Source: Octopus bimaculoides
Lineage: Eukaryota
Assembly: GCF_001194135.2 (NCBI RefSeq)
Contig: NC_068988.1
Coordinates: forward strand, 13,152,269-13,216,268
Reading direction: 5' to 3'
Length of the DNA: 64,000 nt
A program made the position numbers and the translations under genes. Every line of letters begins with the position of its first letter. The stretch's first letter is position 1. The notes beneath the pieces were generated by a model that was given only the letters and a program-made list of their open reading frames with translations, ran no database searches and was not told where the DNA came from. Of the stretch, positions 27,627 to 40,649 are shown one piece after another.

Positions 27627-28430
27627 ACCTAAGTCATTATCCTTGCTTTGGGTGAATTTTCCTGTAAACTGTAAGCAAAGATTTCCTACTATTTCTAACA
27701 TCTCTCACTTTTTATTTGTTTTGCAACCAAATCTTCAAGAAAACAATCAATAACACAAGGATTTAAAGCATGCTTATGTAATGATTTCTATTATTTATCC
27801 TTCAATTATATTGATTCTCAAGAAAAAGTATTATACTTTGTGAAATCTAGTTTGTACAGCTTCTCTAAGTTTCTTATATCTTTTCTGAACAAGTGGATTT
27901 TGTCAAAGAAACTTAGTCGGGAAATATAATCTTAACATTGATTAATGAATGAAGAAAATATGTAATATTTGTTTGTTTAAGCTGATATTGATAGGCTAAA
28001 ACAAAATGAAACAGAAAAAAAAAAAAAAAATAAGGCAAAATTAGTAATCTACTTCAGCAAAATAGTCTCTTTGTAGCATAGTTTTTTATTTCATTTGAAA
28101 CTATGAAATAATAATGGGTAGAGAACCAAANNNNNNNNNNCTTATAATCTGAAGAAGAATTGTTTGGTACTGAATTTTACTGATTATTGGATAATGTTGA
28201 TTTCTTATTTTGGACGCAAGGCCATTTTGAAGAAAAGGAATAGATATAATGAATTGGACTATTTTATAGTGAATGTATCACTAGTACTTTTTTTACAGAC
28301 AACTGGGGGTCATGTAATTCAAATACATTCTAGTGAATTTGAATAATATTGCTACTGGTGTCTTATCTGTTTTCAGTTATTTGTGGAACAATTTGAACCC
28401 ACTTTCATAAGTTGGTTAATTGGTTAAAGG

Positions 28431-28467
<37 letters not shown>

Positions 28468-29266
28468 TGTGCTTTCATTTCTGAAAGTAATTTATTTCCA
28501 ATCAAGTAGCCTGAACTCATCAGAGATAAATAAGTGCTCTTTCTAGAGTGGTGTTGTGATACAAATTATCAACTTCAACACAATAAGTTGGCACTCTATC
28601 TTTTGGCTCTCACTTTAGGTATTTGCTTAATGATTTAATCACCACTAAGGGTTTTCAAAACTCTTTTGAATATAATTGCTTTCATAAAGGAATATCCTAT
28701 ATATGATATTTGTATGGAATCATAAGATAAGGAAACAATCACTCATGTTAAAACATATTTACCTTTTCTTAATATATTTCTTGAGCAAATCTTATATTTT
28801 TTTTTACTTAAGCTGGTCATGTATATGTTTATTTGTGTGTGTGTGTGTGTGTCCCACTGCTTGACAACTGGTGCTGGTGTGTTTACATCCCCATAACTTT
28901 GCAGTTTGGCAAAAGAGACTGATAGAATAAGTACCAGGCTTTTAAAGAATAAATACCGGGGTTGATACATTTGACTAAAATTTCTTCAAGGTGGTACCCC
29001 AACATGGCTGCTGAAACAATTAAAAAAATAAAGATAAAAACAAAAAGATGAACTATTACATGTAATATGCCCAGAGTGAATATAACAGGTAAATGAAACA
29101 CATACATAAGAAATAACTTTATTTTTTATATCTCTTTGACTTTCCTCTGTGATAGTAACCCATACTAGCTAGTAAATTAAGTAATAAAAAGTTATACAAA
29201 GCAAAAGCTATGAAATATACACGGTTTCTTTTTATATTATGCATCTTTGGGTTATCTTCTTTACAG

Positions 29267-29309
29267 ATCATATTCTTAAGTCAATAAACAAACTATGTGA
29301 ATAATGTTG
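29267..29309 (+). other. Candidate 43-nt non-coding (UTR or poison) exon
   Basis: TATCTTCTTTACAG acceptor and TTG|GTGAGT donor. All three frames contain stops. Confidence 0.25.
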
Positions 29310-29770
29310 GTGAGTTTGTATATCAAGAGATGTGTGTAGGTGTGAATGAATAGATATTTGAAGGTGGGTGCAGTGATATTATGAATGAAGTACTTCACCT
29401 TTGAAATACTCAGATAAATAAATATAAAAAAAGATTCTGGTAGAAGTAATATAGTAGTGGATTTGGGTGTAGTCTAACTCAGAAATATGCTATCAAGTTG
29501 GACATTTCCTAGTTGCCTGGTATTTAGTGTAGTGATAAAATTTATATTAATGAGCTTTGAAGCATTACAGCCCAACTATACACCCACTATTGAAGTCTAC
29601 TAGTTTGGTTGAACGTCACACTAAAAGAAAAAAGGACTCGGTTTGTGTCTGTACATAAATACGTCACATGTTTTGTGTGTGTGTGTGTGTCTACATATAT
29701 ACTGAGAGAAAGAGTGTGTGTATGTATGTATATATATATATATATATATAATATATATAATATATATGTA

Positions 29771-29977
29771 CAGTAATCCCTTGACTATCGCAAGTGTTAC
29801 ATTTCAAAATACCTGCGATAGGTGAAAATCACAGAGTAGAAACAGTACTGCCCTGTATATTTTTCATTATTATTTTTATAATTTGTATATATTTATTTTA
29901 TTATAAATGCAAAACAACACCATGGAGAAATTGAGGTAAGCTTAAATAATAAACTGCGATATGGTGAGGGATTACTG
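29771..29977. mobile_element. Tc1/pogo-type MITE
   Basis: TIRs CAGTAATCCCTTGACTATCGCA and CAGTAATCCCTCACCATATCGCA (reverse complement), with TA on both flanks. Confidence 0.85.
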
Positions 29978-30005
29978 TATGTATGTATGTATGTATGTAT
30001 GTATG

Positions 30006-30042
<37 letters not shown>

Positions 30043-31007
30043 TGTGAGTGTGTGTTTTATACAAAAATATGTATATTGTGTGTTCATGTTTTTACATATT
30101 TGTGTGTATAAAATTATGTATATTGTGTGTGTATATTTTATATTTGTGTGTGAGTGTATAAATTTCTAAATCTTTGTCGAAATTTATTTGTGTGTGTGTG
30201 TGCGCACACGCACGTGCACAGTTCTGTCTTAATGTGTTTTTAATGGAAAGGATTGCAGTTCTTTGACTTGATATTGTTTATATGTTGTTTAACTTCTATT
30301 TTTTAATAAAAGTAAAAAGAATCTTAAATGAAATATTCTTTTGTAATACAAAATTTATTTGCTTTAGATTCTAACGACTAAATATCATGTGACATGGTCT
30401 AATATTTAGTATTTTCTCCATTTCTTGGTTCTCTCTTTTTTTTTTTTTTTTTTTTTTTTTGTATGTGTATGTCATCACTTTCTGTTAGATAACTATATTT
30501 GTCTGGTGCTTATGTACAAGCAAGATCCTCACATAATTCTTGACATTTTCTTCCAATTCTAATCCTACTACTATTACACTACTATCCATTTATTAGTGTT
30601 GGTCAAAGCTTGACTTCAAATAAAAGACCTTCAGTAATATTTTGTGAACGGATATGGATCTTTCAATGTTTGTTATATAACCTTTTTAAACATAGGATGG
30701 AGTAGGGAAGCAATGTACTTCTCTTGGTATTTGACTCTCTAGCAAAACACATCAAAGTAACTGTTGCTTCAAATTTTTTTTCGTTATTATTACTAAGTTG
30801 GTGTGGAAGAAAAATTGGAGCTTAGTGTTTGATGGAGAAATTTGTAGGGTAAAGGGGGAATTTCATTGTGTGTCTGACATTAGCATAAAGAACTTAGGGA
30901 AAGCAATGCAGTAAAAACTTGTGAGGCAAGTAATTTTAAATGGAAGTGATGTCACATGGCCCAGTGTCTGCAAATTTTATTGTTAACATCTGTTAATATA
31001 TGCAATG

Positions 31008-31220
31008 AATGAGCTGGCAGAATCATTAGCAGGATGGGCAAAGTGCCGAGCAACATTTCGTTCATCTTCATGTTCTGAGTTCAAATGCCGCTGGGGTCGA
31101 CTTGGCCTTGTATCTTTTTGTGGTCGATAAAATAAGTACCAGTTGTGCACTGGGGTTGATCTAATCGACTTAGCCCCTCCCCAAAATTGCTGGACTTGTG
31201 TCAAAATTTGAAACCAGTCT
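31008..31220 (+). mobile_element. SINE family B copy (well preserved)
   Basis: GAGCTGGCAGAATCATTAGC...GAGTTCAAATGCCGCTGGGGTCGACTT...GTCGATAAAATAAGTACCAG...GTCAAAATTTGAAACC. Confidence 0.8.
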
Positions 31221-31364
31221 ACACAATGAATGAGGAACAATGAGGGATATGACTGAACTTTGGGCAAGGCAGAAGTTTATGGAATAGTTTTTGAAAGAAT
31301 CAATAACAAAACAGTCACTCCAATTGTGAATCGATATATTAGAAGACTGATTCTGTTAATCCAC

Positions 31365-31640
31365 TGTCTAATCTTTAGTTCGTTTTAGCCATTATGGTTA
31401 ATGCCATGCTGAAGCATCACCTCCTGTAATCAGGATATATATTCCTTGAGTAGTTGTTCAGCACTAGACCTATCTTGTTCAAACTTCCCTATGATCAAAA
31501 GCATTCCAGCCATGACAATTTAGTCTTATTTTAGTCTTATTTTCTAAGACTACATTATCCAAGAGAAGACAGTAGAATGTTATTTGAGGAAGATTTCGCT
31601 GCTATTTCTTGCAGGGTGAGTGATCACTTAGACGCCTTGG
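31365..31640. repeat. Unclassified interspersed repeat
   Basis: Cores ATCAAA.GCATTCCAGCC.TGAC and GA.ATTT.GCTGCTATTTCT recur at about 14090-14270, 21830-22030 and 54530-54710. Confidence 0.5.
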
Positions 31641-31928
31641 TTCCTCTTCATTTCTTGTGTAAACGATAGGAACAGTGGAAATATCTTTCCTGAAATAACT
31701 TGAATTTAATGCATCTCTAGACTTATTACATTTTCTTTTTTCTTCTCATTTCTCCATTTGCTATAATGGTCATGTCTCATTCCAGAAATGGTGGATTTAA
31801 AATTATCTCTGTTTTGTTCTACTTGTCTATTCCCAATATAAGTCTATAACTGAAATTAAAAAGTAAATATTGCATTTTTATTTATTTAATGCTTTTACCT
31901 CTCTTCATCATAGACCACTTCTGCTATC

Positions 31929-31963
<35 letters not shown>

Positions 31964-32098
31964 TCTTTCTACTCTAAAAGCATAAAGCTTAAAGTTTGTG
32001 GGGAAGGGGCTAGTCACTTACATCACCCCCAGTATTTCACTGGTACTTATTTTATTGACCTCAGTGGTATTTGATCTCAGAATGTAAAGACAGACGAA

Positions 32099-32150
<52 letters not shown>

Positions 32151-32151
32151 G

Positions 32152-32220
<69 letters not shown>

Positions 32221-32324
32221 CTCTATATATGTATGTCTACATATATATGTAGATGTCTGTATATATATGTATAAATATATGTATGTATATATATATGTGT
32301 GTGTATATATGTGTGTGTATGTAT

Positions 32325-32480
32325 ACACAACAAGCTCTTTTTTCAATTTCCATCTACTAAACCCACTCACAAGGCTTTGGTCTGCCTGAGGCACTTGCCC
32401 AAGCTGTCATGCAGTAGGACCAAACCCAGAACCATGTGGTTGGAAAGCAGGCTTCTTTCCACACCACCATACCTGCGTCT
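32325..32480 (-). mobile_element. SINE family A head and body
   Basis: TTTCCATCTACTAAACCCACTCACAAGGCTTTGGTC...AGAACCATGTGGTTGG...ATACCTGCGTC, next to a long TA/TG tract (32099-32325). Confidence 0.75.
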
Positions 32481-32486
32481 ATATGT

Positions 32487-32525
<39 letters not shown>

Positions 32526-33415
32526 AGTCAGTAAATAGTGGGGTTGTGTTAACCGCACATGGAGAAATAATAGGAAAATGAAAAATAATAATAAGGCAGA
32601 ATGCTAAACTGGAAGCATATTTTAATAAAGATTTCTAACCGGCTTTCATTGCATAGCAAATTTTCAAGAAGAGGGAGAATGAAAATGTTTTTTTACAAAG
32701 AAGTACAAAAGGAAGAAAATAATATATAAAAAAAAATAATATATAAAAAAATTAATATACCAATACATTATATTGTCTTTGAGCTTTTAAAGTTCAATGN
32801 NNNNNNNNNNNNNNNNNNNNNNNNNNNNNNNNNNNNNNNNNNNNNNNNNNNNNNNNNNNNNNNNNNNNNNNNNNNNNNNNNNNNNNNNNNNNNNNNNNNN
32901 NNNNNNNNNNNNNNNNNNNNNNNNNNNNNNNNNNNNNNNNNNNNNNNNNNNNNNNNNNNNNNNNNNNNNNNNNNNNNNNNNNNNNNNNNNNNNNNNNNNN
33001 NNNNNNNNNNNNNNNNNNNNNNNNNNNNNNNNNNNNNNNNNNNNNNNNNNNNNNNNNNNNNNNNNNNNNNNNNNNNNNNNNNNNNNNNNNNNNNNNNNNN
33101 NNNNNNNNNNNNNNNNNNNNNNNNNNNNNNNNNNNNNNNNNNNNNNNNNNNNNNNNNNNNNNNNNNNNNNNNNNNNNNNNNNNNNNNNNNNNNNNNNNNN
33201 NNNNNNNNNNNNNNNNNNNNNNNNNNNNNNNNNNNNNNNNNNNNNNNNNNNNNNNNNNNNNNNNNNNNNNNNNNNNNNNNNNNNNNNNNNNNNNNNNNNN
33301 NNNNNNNNNNNNNNNNNNNNNNNNNNNNNNNNNNNNNNNNNNNNNNNNNNNNNNNNNNNNNNNNNNNNNNNNNNNNNNNNNNNNNNNNNNNNNNNNNNNN
33401 NNNNNNNNNNNNNNN

Positions 33416-33460
<45 letters not shown>

Positions 33461-33799
33461 CTGTACACTTACCAGTTCAGCTTAACTTGTCCTTGTTAGT
33501 CGAAAGACACCTGTTGTTATTTTCTTGTTATTTATATTTTTAATTGTGTAACATTTTCTTTGTTGTTGTACACACCCACCTGCTTTCTCTTAGCTTAGAT
33601 GTTTTGGGCCCAGCCAGATTTGAACAGTCTCAAGAGCAATTAGCTGAAACTGCTGGGATTTTCTGGAGAGATTGCTGCAAATGACCCCTTCCTTGTTTGT
33701 TCTTGTCTCTTTTTTTTTCATCTATTTATCCGGATGTTTTATTGTTGCCTGTTGCATTCTTGTTCTATCCTTTGGATTTATTCTTTCATTCTTTTACTT

Positions 33800-33982
33800 G
33801 TTTCAATCATTTGACTGCGGCCATGCTGGAGCACTGCCTTTAGTTGAGCAAATCGACCTCAGGATTTGTTCTTTCTAAGTCTAGTACTTATTCTATCGGT
33901 CCTTTTTGCCGAACCACTAAGTTACAAGGATGTAAACACACCAGCACTGGTTGTCAAGCGATGTTTAAAGGGGTGGACAAAT

Positions 33983-34015
<33 letters not shown>

Positions 34016-34178
34016 CAACGGACTTCTTTCAGTTTCCATCTACCAAATCTACTCACAAGGCTTTGGTCGACCTGAAGCTATAGTAGATGACACTTTCTCA
34101 AGATGCCACGCAGTGGGACTGAACCCGGAACCATGTGGTTGGTAAGCAAGCTACTTACACACAGCCACTCCTGCGCCT
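33800..34178 (-). mobile_element. Full-length bipartite SINE family A (tRNA head + microsatellite + 3' module C), young
   Basis: Minus strand GGCGCAGGAGTGGCTGTGTG..GTAGCTTGCTTACCAACCACATGGTTCCGGGTTCAGTCCCACTGCGTGGC, a TA/TG tract, then a module ending CCAGCATGGCCGCAGTCAAATGATTGAAAC. CpGs are retained. Module C also occurs at about 28850-29030, 39200-39370 and 51395-51550. Confidence 0.85.
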
Positions 34179-34195
34179 ATATGTGTGTGTATGTT

Positions 34196-34230
<35 letters not shown>

Positions 34231-34403
34231 GTATATGTATATATGTGTGTGTGTATGTATATATAGTATGTATGTGTATGTATGCATATATATGTATGTG
34301 TGTGTATGTATATATATATGAGTGTGTATGTGTGTGTGTGTATATATATGTAAATATATATATACATATATATATATATACATACATATACACACATATA
34401 TAC

Positions 34404-34565
34404 ACAACGAGCTTTTTTCAGTTTCATCTACCAAATCTACTCATAAGGCTTTGGTCTGCCTGAAGCTATAGCAAATAACACTTGCCTTAGCTGCCATGGA
34501 GTGGGACCGAACCCAGAACCACATAGTTGAGAAGCAAGCTTCTTTCCACACCACCATGCTTGCAT
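34404..34565 (-). mobile_element. SINE family A copy, tandem to the previous one
   Basis: Same head and body sequence, separated from the previous copy by a degenerate TA/TG/CA tract. Confidence 0.75.
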
Positions 34566-34589
34566 CTATAAGCATATACTATTCAGATA

Positions 34590-34624
<35 letters not shown>

Positions 34625-36186
34625 GTATTTCACCTCTATGTATGTGTTTCAATATATACACATAATCTTACAAAGATACAAGGTCAATTTTAGTAGGAGA
34701 GGACTATAGAAAATTGAATTTACTCTAGTAGAAAATTGGTACTTATTTTATCAATCCTGGAGGGTTGGCACAAACCTGTACAACCGTTGATATGGAAACA
34801 GTGGTTGCTAAGCAGCATTAAATTATGCAAGCATGAGGGAGCAAGAATAGTGTTAAAATGGAAGATGAAGGTGATTATTTCTCAAACTAGTTTAGATGGT
34901 TTTACTAATTTTTTTTTCTATTGTAAAATTTAAAAACTAATTTTGGCACATTCTACTGCTCTGTCGTTATTTTAATAATACCTTTAAAATGAAATTATCT
35001 AGTAGTTTTTTTGTTTTTTTTGGCACCAAAAAAACACAAACTTCGTCTTCATTTAGTATGTCAAAGGCAAGTGAGCCTTTCGGAGCCATTCTTTCCAGAA
35101 ATTTTAATTTGTAGCTGTTTGAAAAGAATGCATGTTGTGTGTGTGTGTGTGTGTGTGTGAGTGTGTGAGAGAGAGAGAGAGAGGGAGTGATCATAAAGCA
35201 GAACAGTTTTCCTTCTATGTGCACTTTAATCACATGTTCAGTAAGATCAGACACGAAATACAAACAGAAACACATCATTGTAAAGGTGTTTGCTTTCACA
35301 CAGATAATACATTCTTTCTCTTCCCCCTCTCTTGCTCTCTCCTCCCCTCTCTCTCTCTCTCTCTCATACTATGCAGAATACAGTATTACATTATAAATAC
35401 CCTGATCTGTAATAATATAAACATATATCATTTAAAGCATATAATTCATAAATTGATTAGTATATACAAGGTAATTGCCCAAATTTAATTATAGTTCATT
35501 ATCGTTTGTCTGTTTCTTCTCTCGTTCATTATATTGGATATTTCCAGAAAAGTGCATTTTATCTGATGTAAAAAAACAAAAAATAAAAATTTTTAAAAAC
35601 CGTTTGCAAATATTCACACATTTTTCAAATTCATTGATATACCACACCCATATGTATGGTATATAATGATTATTGTATATATATATATATATATNNNNNN
35701 NNNNNNNNNNNNNNNNNNNNNNNNNNNNNNNNNNNNNNNNNNNNNNNNNNNNNNNNNNNNNNNNNNNNNNNNNNNNNNNNNNNNNNNNNNNNNNNNNNNN
35801 NNNNNNNNNNNNNNNNNNNNNNNNNNNNNNNNNNNNNNNNNNNNNNNNNNNNNNNNNNNNNNNNNNNNNNNNNNNNNNNNNNNNNNNNNNNNNNNNNTTT
35901 CAAATGCTATTTAAATACTTTTGAATACATACTCCACACCACCACCACCTTTTTTTTTCATTTATCACTCTTATTTTTATTTTGATTTCATGTCTCCTGT
36001 TTTTTCTCTTAAGAGGCAAGTGGTTGATATATCTTTACATTAAGGAGTCTCGCTTTTTCTGTATTTCTTTCTCTAATCTCTCTTCTCTCTTTCTTTCTTT
36101 TCATGTTCAATTTGGTTGCTTCTTTTTCTAGTACTACTATAAGAAACGTTACTTCCTTTCTCTTGATCCTCCTCTTCTCTATATAG

Positions 36187-36328
36187 TGAATGAGTGATTG
36201 ATTGATTGGTTGGTGCAGCAGCTGGTTGGTTTGATGCTAGCATTGGCTTCTCTTGGTGACGTTTTTATTTCATTAGATGTTTGTATGTGCCAGCTTTCAT
36301 AGTGGATGAATCTTTACCTTAAATAATG
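36187..36328 (+). other. Candidate 5'-UTR exon ending exactly in ATG
   Basis: Pyrimidine tract and TATAG acceptor at 36186; the exon ends AATAATG|GTAAGA. There is an in-frame upstream TAA and all frames are closed upstream of the ATG. Confidence 0.3.
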
Positions 36329-36592
36329 GTAAGAAATTTTCTCTGATGCTTCTTATCCTCTGTTCGACATGTACAGCTGAATATGTGTGTATAGTTGTTA
36401 TTCTGTACAATTGATTGATTTCAAACATTGTTTTCTTTTACTCTGGAACAATTACATACATACATACACATATATAACATGTGTGTGTGTATATATGCAT
36501 GTATGTGTATATATCATATGTTTATATGTATGTATATTTCTATGTATATGTGTATGTGTATATGTGTGTGTATAGACATATCAATAAATATT

Positions 36593-36599
<7 letters not shown>

Positions 36600-36632
<33 letters not shown>

Positions 36633-36759
36633 TAGATATATAGATATAGATATAGATAGATATATAGATATAGATATAGATAGATATATATAGATATAGA
36701 TATATAGATATAGATATAGATAGATATATATAGATATATAGATAGATATACATATATAT
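36600..36759. repeat. (TA)n / (TAGATA)n compound microsatellite running into a gap
   Basis: Direct reading. Confidence 0.9.
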
Positions 36760-37529
36760 NNNNNNNNNNNNNNNNNNNNNNNNNNNNNNNNNNNNNNNNN
36801 NNNNNNNNNNNNNNNNNNNNNNNNNNNNNNNNNNNNNNNNNNNNNNNNNNNNNNNNNNNNNNNNNNNNNNNNNNNNNNNNNNNNNNNNNNNNNNNNNNNN
36901 NNNNNNNNNNNNNNNNNNNNNNNNNNNNNNNNNNNNNNNNNNNNNNNNNNNNNNNNNNNNNNNNNNNNNNNNNNNNNNNNNNNNNNNNNNNNNNNNNNNN
37001 NNNNNNNNNNNNNNNNNNNNNNNNNNNNNNNNNNNNNNNNNNNNNNNNNNNNNNNNNNNNNNNNNNNNNNNNNNNNNNNNNNNNNNNNNNNNNNNNNNNN
37101 NNNNNNNNNNNNNNNNNNNNNNNNNNNNNNNNNNNNNNNNNNNNATATAAACTTGTCTTATCATCTAAAAATCATGGACTAGTACTTTAATTTTCAATTT
37201 CATCACATTAGTTTCCAACATTGACATGTCCAGCATTGTAGCAGGTACTAGTTGTGTGGCTTTAAATTATTCTTTTGTGGAAACTTTTGAACGTCATTCT
37301 TTGACTGATACAGCAATGTTTGGTGAAGAAGAATAAATAAATAAATAAAAGTTTAAATTGTTATATAATTATTTCAAAAATGAAATTATTTCTTCATTGT
37401 CCCTTTTCATTATATCTCATTATATCCCCAACTACATCCAAGAAATTTTGAAACCTTGAATGGTTATAATTTGTAAATATTTTAGCAGAAGCATATCTGA
37501 TAATTTTCAATCCTTTATCTTTTCTTTTA

Positions 37530-37920
37530 TCTTCCACTTGTTCTAGTCATTGGACTATGGCCATGAAGGAATGGTTGCCTTGGAGAGTTTACTTGAATAA
37601 ATAAACCACAGTATTCATTTTTAAGTCCTGTCTGTTACTTTTGCCAAATTGCTAAGTTACAGGACTGCAACCAAACCTGTACCAGTTGTCAAGTGGTAGT
37701 GGGAGACAAACATAAAGCCACACGTATACTTAGATACACACATGCACACAAACATAAATATGCATGTGTGTGGGTGTGTGTTTGTGTGGGTGTTAGGAAG
37801 GGCATCTATCAAATCCACTCACAAGGCTCTGGTTTGTCTGAGTCTATAGTAGAAGACACTAACCTAAGGTTCCATGTGGTGGTTAGAAAGACCTCTTTCC
37901 ACACAGCCATGCTTATATCT
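37530..37920 (-). mobile_element. Decayed bipartite SINE family A
   Basis: Module C (37530-37730) + CA/TG tract + head and body (37795-37920). An opposite-orientation copy follows at about 38125-38400. Confidence 0.65.
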
Positions 37921-38618
37921 GTGTAAATAATTTCAAGGAAAATTTTGCCTCAACTGTTTTCTATAGGAAGGAGATTTAATTTGTTTGATTGAGATTGAGT
38001 ACAAAATGTTTTTACAAGAATTTAGAGTTATTTACATTTGTTTTAAAATTATTTTCTCAGAATTCAAGTTCATATTTTATAACTCAAGAATGGCAAGCTA
38101 TATTTTTTCATGTGATGAGAAGTTTACTTCTCAACCACATGATTTTTGGTTGAGTCCTACTGCATGGTACCATCTGCTATGCAGCTGGGTTAACCAAGGC
38201 CTTGTGAGCGGATTAGGTAGACAAGAAACTGTAAGAAGCCTGTCATATGTATGTATCATTGCACTTGAACTCCACCACCATTTGATAACTGGTGGTGGTT
38301 TTGTTGATGTCTATTTTTAACTTGGTGGTTTGGTAAAAAGATAGGTAGAATAATTTTCAGGGCTGTATATACTTATTTAGTTTATAAAGGATTAAATCAC
38401 TGCAGTGACCCTAATTTGATTCTGGGACTTAATATTTATTTCAAAACTCATTCACTTATGAATGTTATATATAATCAAAGTTATAAAACTGAAGCTATTT
38501 TTAAATTGACACGTTGTCCAACTTATGTAAAACTTGAAACAGTAAACTAGAAACTGACCTCAAAACTCAAACTGGGTCTCTATAAGCTGGTTTAAGTCAA
38601 GACCTTTTTGCCATAGGT

Positions 38619-38892
38619 CAGTTATAGGCAAACTGCAGCCTGTGGGTCACATGCAGCTTGTGGGTTACATGTACCCTGTGGTTCACATGCAGCCTGTGGT
38701 TCACATGCAGCCTGTGAGTCACAAGCAGCTTGCTAGTCGCATGCAACCTGTGGGTTGCATGCAGCTCATGAGACTTGCTGAATGGCATACATAATGAAAA
38801 ATTACCTTGAATGTATTTAGTAGTAAAGGCTCATTTGATGATGAGCCATGCCTCATGCAGCCCATATCTTGAGAAAGGGTCATCCATGTCTG
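38619..38892 (+). mobile_element. Decayed hAT-type MITE containing an 18-bp tandem array
   Basis: Left end CAGTTATAGGCAAAC, right-end reverse complement CAGACATGGATGACC. About 7.7 copies of GCAGCCTGTGGGTCACAT at 38635-38774. No clear TSD. Confidence 0.55.
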
Positions 38893-39599
38893 TTAGAGTG
38901 CTAATATTCATTTTTGGATCCACTTCAGCAATCAGTTGAAAAATACACAGAATTAAATATTTAAAACTTATTTGACAACCAACAGACGTAAAAATAGTGC
39001 GTGATAAGCCAGTTATCACATAGTAACAATGTAGCCAAGAATTAATTCTGCCATAACCCATTTTTTAACCTGTTCATTTATATAGAATCCCCGAAATATG
39101 CAATGGTATGTCTTAACCTGAAGAAAGAGGGATCACTCTGAAAAAGGAAAATCAAAAGGATCATTATCAACAATTCATGCTTTTTCTTAATTTTAAAGAA
39201 AGGCAAGTCCCTGTAACTTAGTGGTTTGGCAAAAGAGACTAATAGAATAAGTACCAGGATTTTTTTTAAAATAAGTACTGGGGTTGATACATTTGACTAA
39301 AAATTCTTCAAGGTGGTGCCCTTACATGGCTAAAGTCTAATGATTGAAGCAAGTAAAACAAATAAAAGATATATCGAACAAGTCACATTTAATCTTTAAT
39401 ATAGTGAATATCTATAGATAAATTTGGTTGTGTTTTATAGAGTACTAGATATAAATTTTTCTCCTTATATTTTATTTTATCCTTACAATCCTTCAAAAGT
39501 CAAAACAATCTATTTTAAATAGTTGTCTGAATATATTTGAGAATTAAAAATCTCCATCTAACATAACATTATATACTTAAAATTAGATGTTTGTATAAT

Positions 39600-40450
39600 C
39601 CTGGTGCTACATCATTTTCTATTCTGGATGTCATGGCTATGATGGATCTGCTATAAAGTACATCACCACTTAGTTTTATCTTTCATTATTTCATCGGTGA
39701 AGCCAAGTGTCTTAAGATCTGACCTCATTGCTTCTTCACTACATTTTTGTTAGTCTTCCTCTTACATGGATACCTTCCACTAACAGCATGGATAGTTTCA
39801 CTCAACATTCAACTCTTGTTTGCATCATATGTTCATATTAGTACAGTTGTTGCTTATTTGCTAATTCTTTTAATGACTTAGCTACTATCTCAGCTCAATT
39901 CTGCTCTACTTTTCATGCAGGTTAACATTACACATCAATCAGATTATGCTTGCTTCATTTCTCCTCAACCTCTGTAGATCTTTGATATTTAGTACTTATA
40001 TGTCACTAAAATGCAAGCATCACACTTCTTTCACATGCTTCATAAAATCTTCCTTTTTCTTGACGAAAGAAACTCTTTGTTACTATCTGAGGTAACAGCT
40101 TTCTGAATATCTATCAACTTCTTACTCTGAATTATGCTTTCTCTATAGCCATCTAATTTTATCACAGCTTTCTCTACAGATATCTTTCAAACCTAATTAT
40201 ATTAGGTAAAAGAATCTATTAGCTATATCTAGTAAGCCACCTGAACAGTTCATGGATTTCATTTTGTGTGTGTTCCTACTGATACCTATTCATTTGCACC
40301 TGTTACATATGAAGTCCAGGTTTTCTGTCAGTCTACTTGAGATCCAGCCACAAATTTTGTGTTTCTGTTCTTTGCACTAAGTATGCAACATTGAGTTACT
40401 ACCTACACCCTTCTTATATATCAAACAAAGTCACCACTTAAGGTACTGAG
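39600..40450 (-). mobile_element. Decayed RTE LINE 3' ORF2 region
   Basis: Minus-strand pieces KGRFYEACERSVML and DLQRLRRNEASI..LMCNV match the RTE post-RT motif. Confidence 0.7.
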
Positions 40451-40649
40451 ATTGCTTTCATTAATTAACTGTTTGGTTTTATAATATAGACTTTTAGGCC
40501 TCTAGGCATGGAATATTTTTTACAACAGACTGCTTTGAGAATTCAATCACCATTGTATAAAAGTTTCCAAAGAACATTTCTTGAACTGCATGCTACTACT
40601 TTAAGTACTATCATAAATAGTACCTAAGATTATAACATACATGTATTTA

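Noticed and set aside
32794-33543. Long ORFs in the track (also 20444-20979, 35656-35985, 36592-37164)
   Set aside because: They consist of N-run translations (X) and microsatellite.
33606-33660. CTCAAGA...GCT-GAAAC between CCCAGC/GCTGGG arms, hammerhead-like
   Set aside because: Core G5 is replaced, there is no NUH triplet after GAAAC, and the stem geometry does not fit.
32071-34463. Many YI/CV/HT-repeat ORFs
   Set aside because: They are translations of TA/TG/CA microsatellites inside SINEs.
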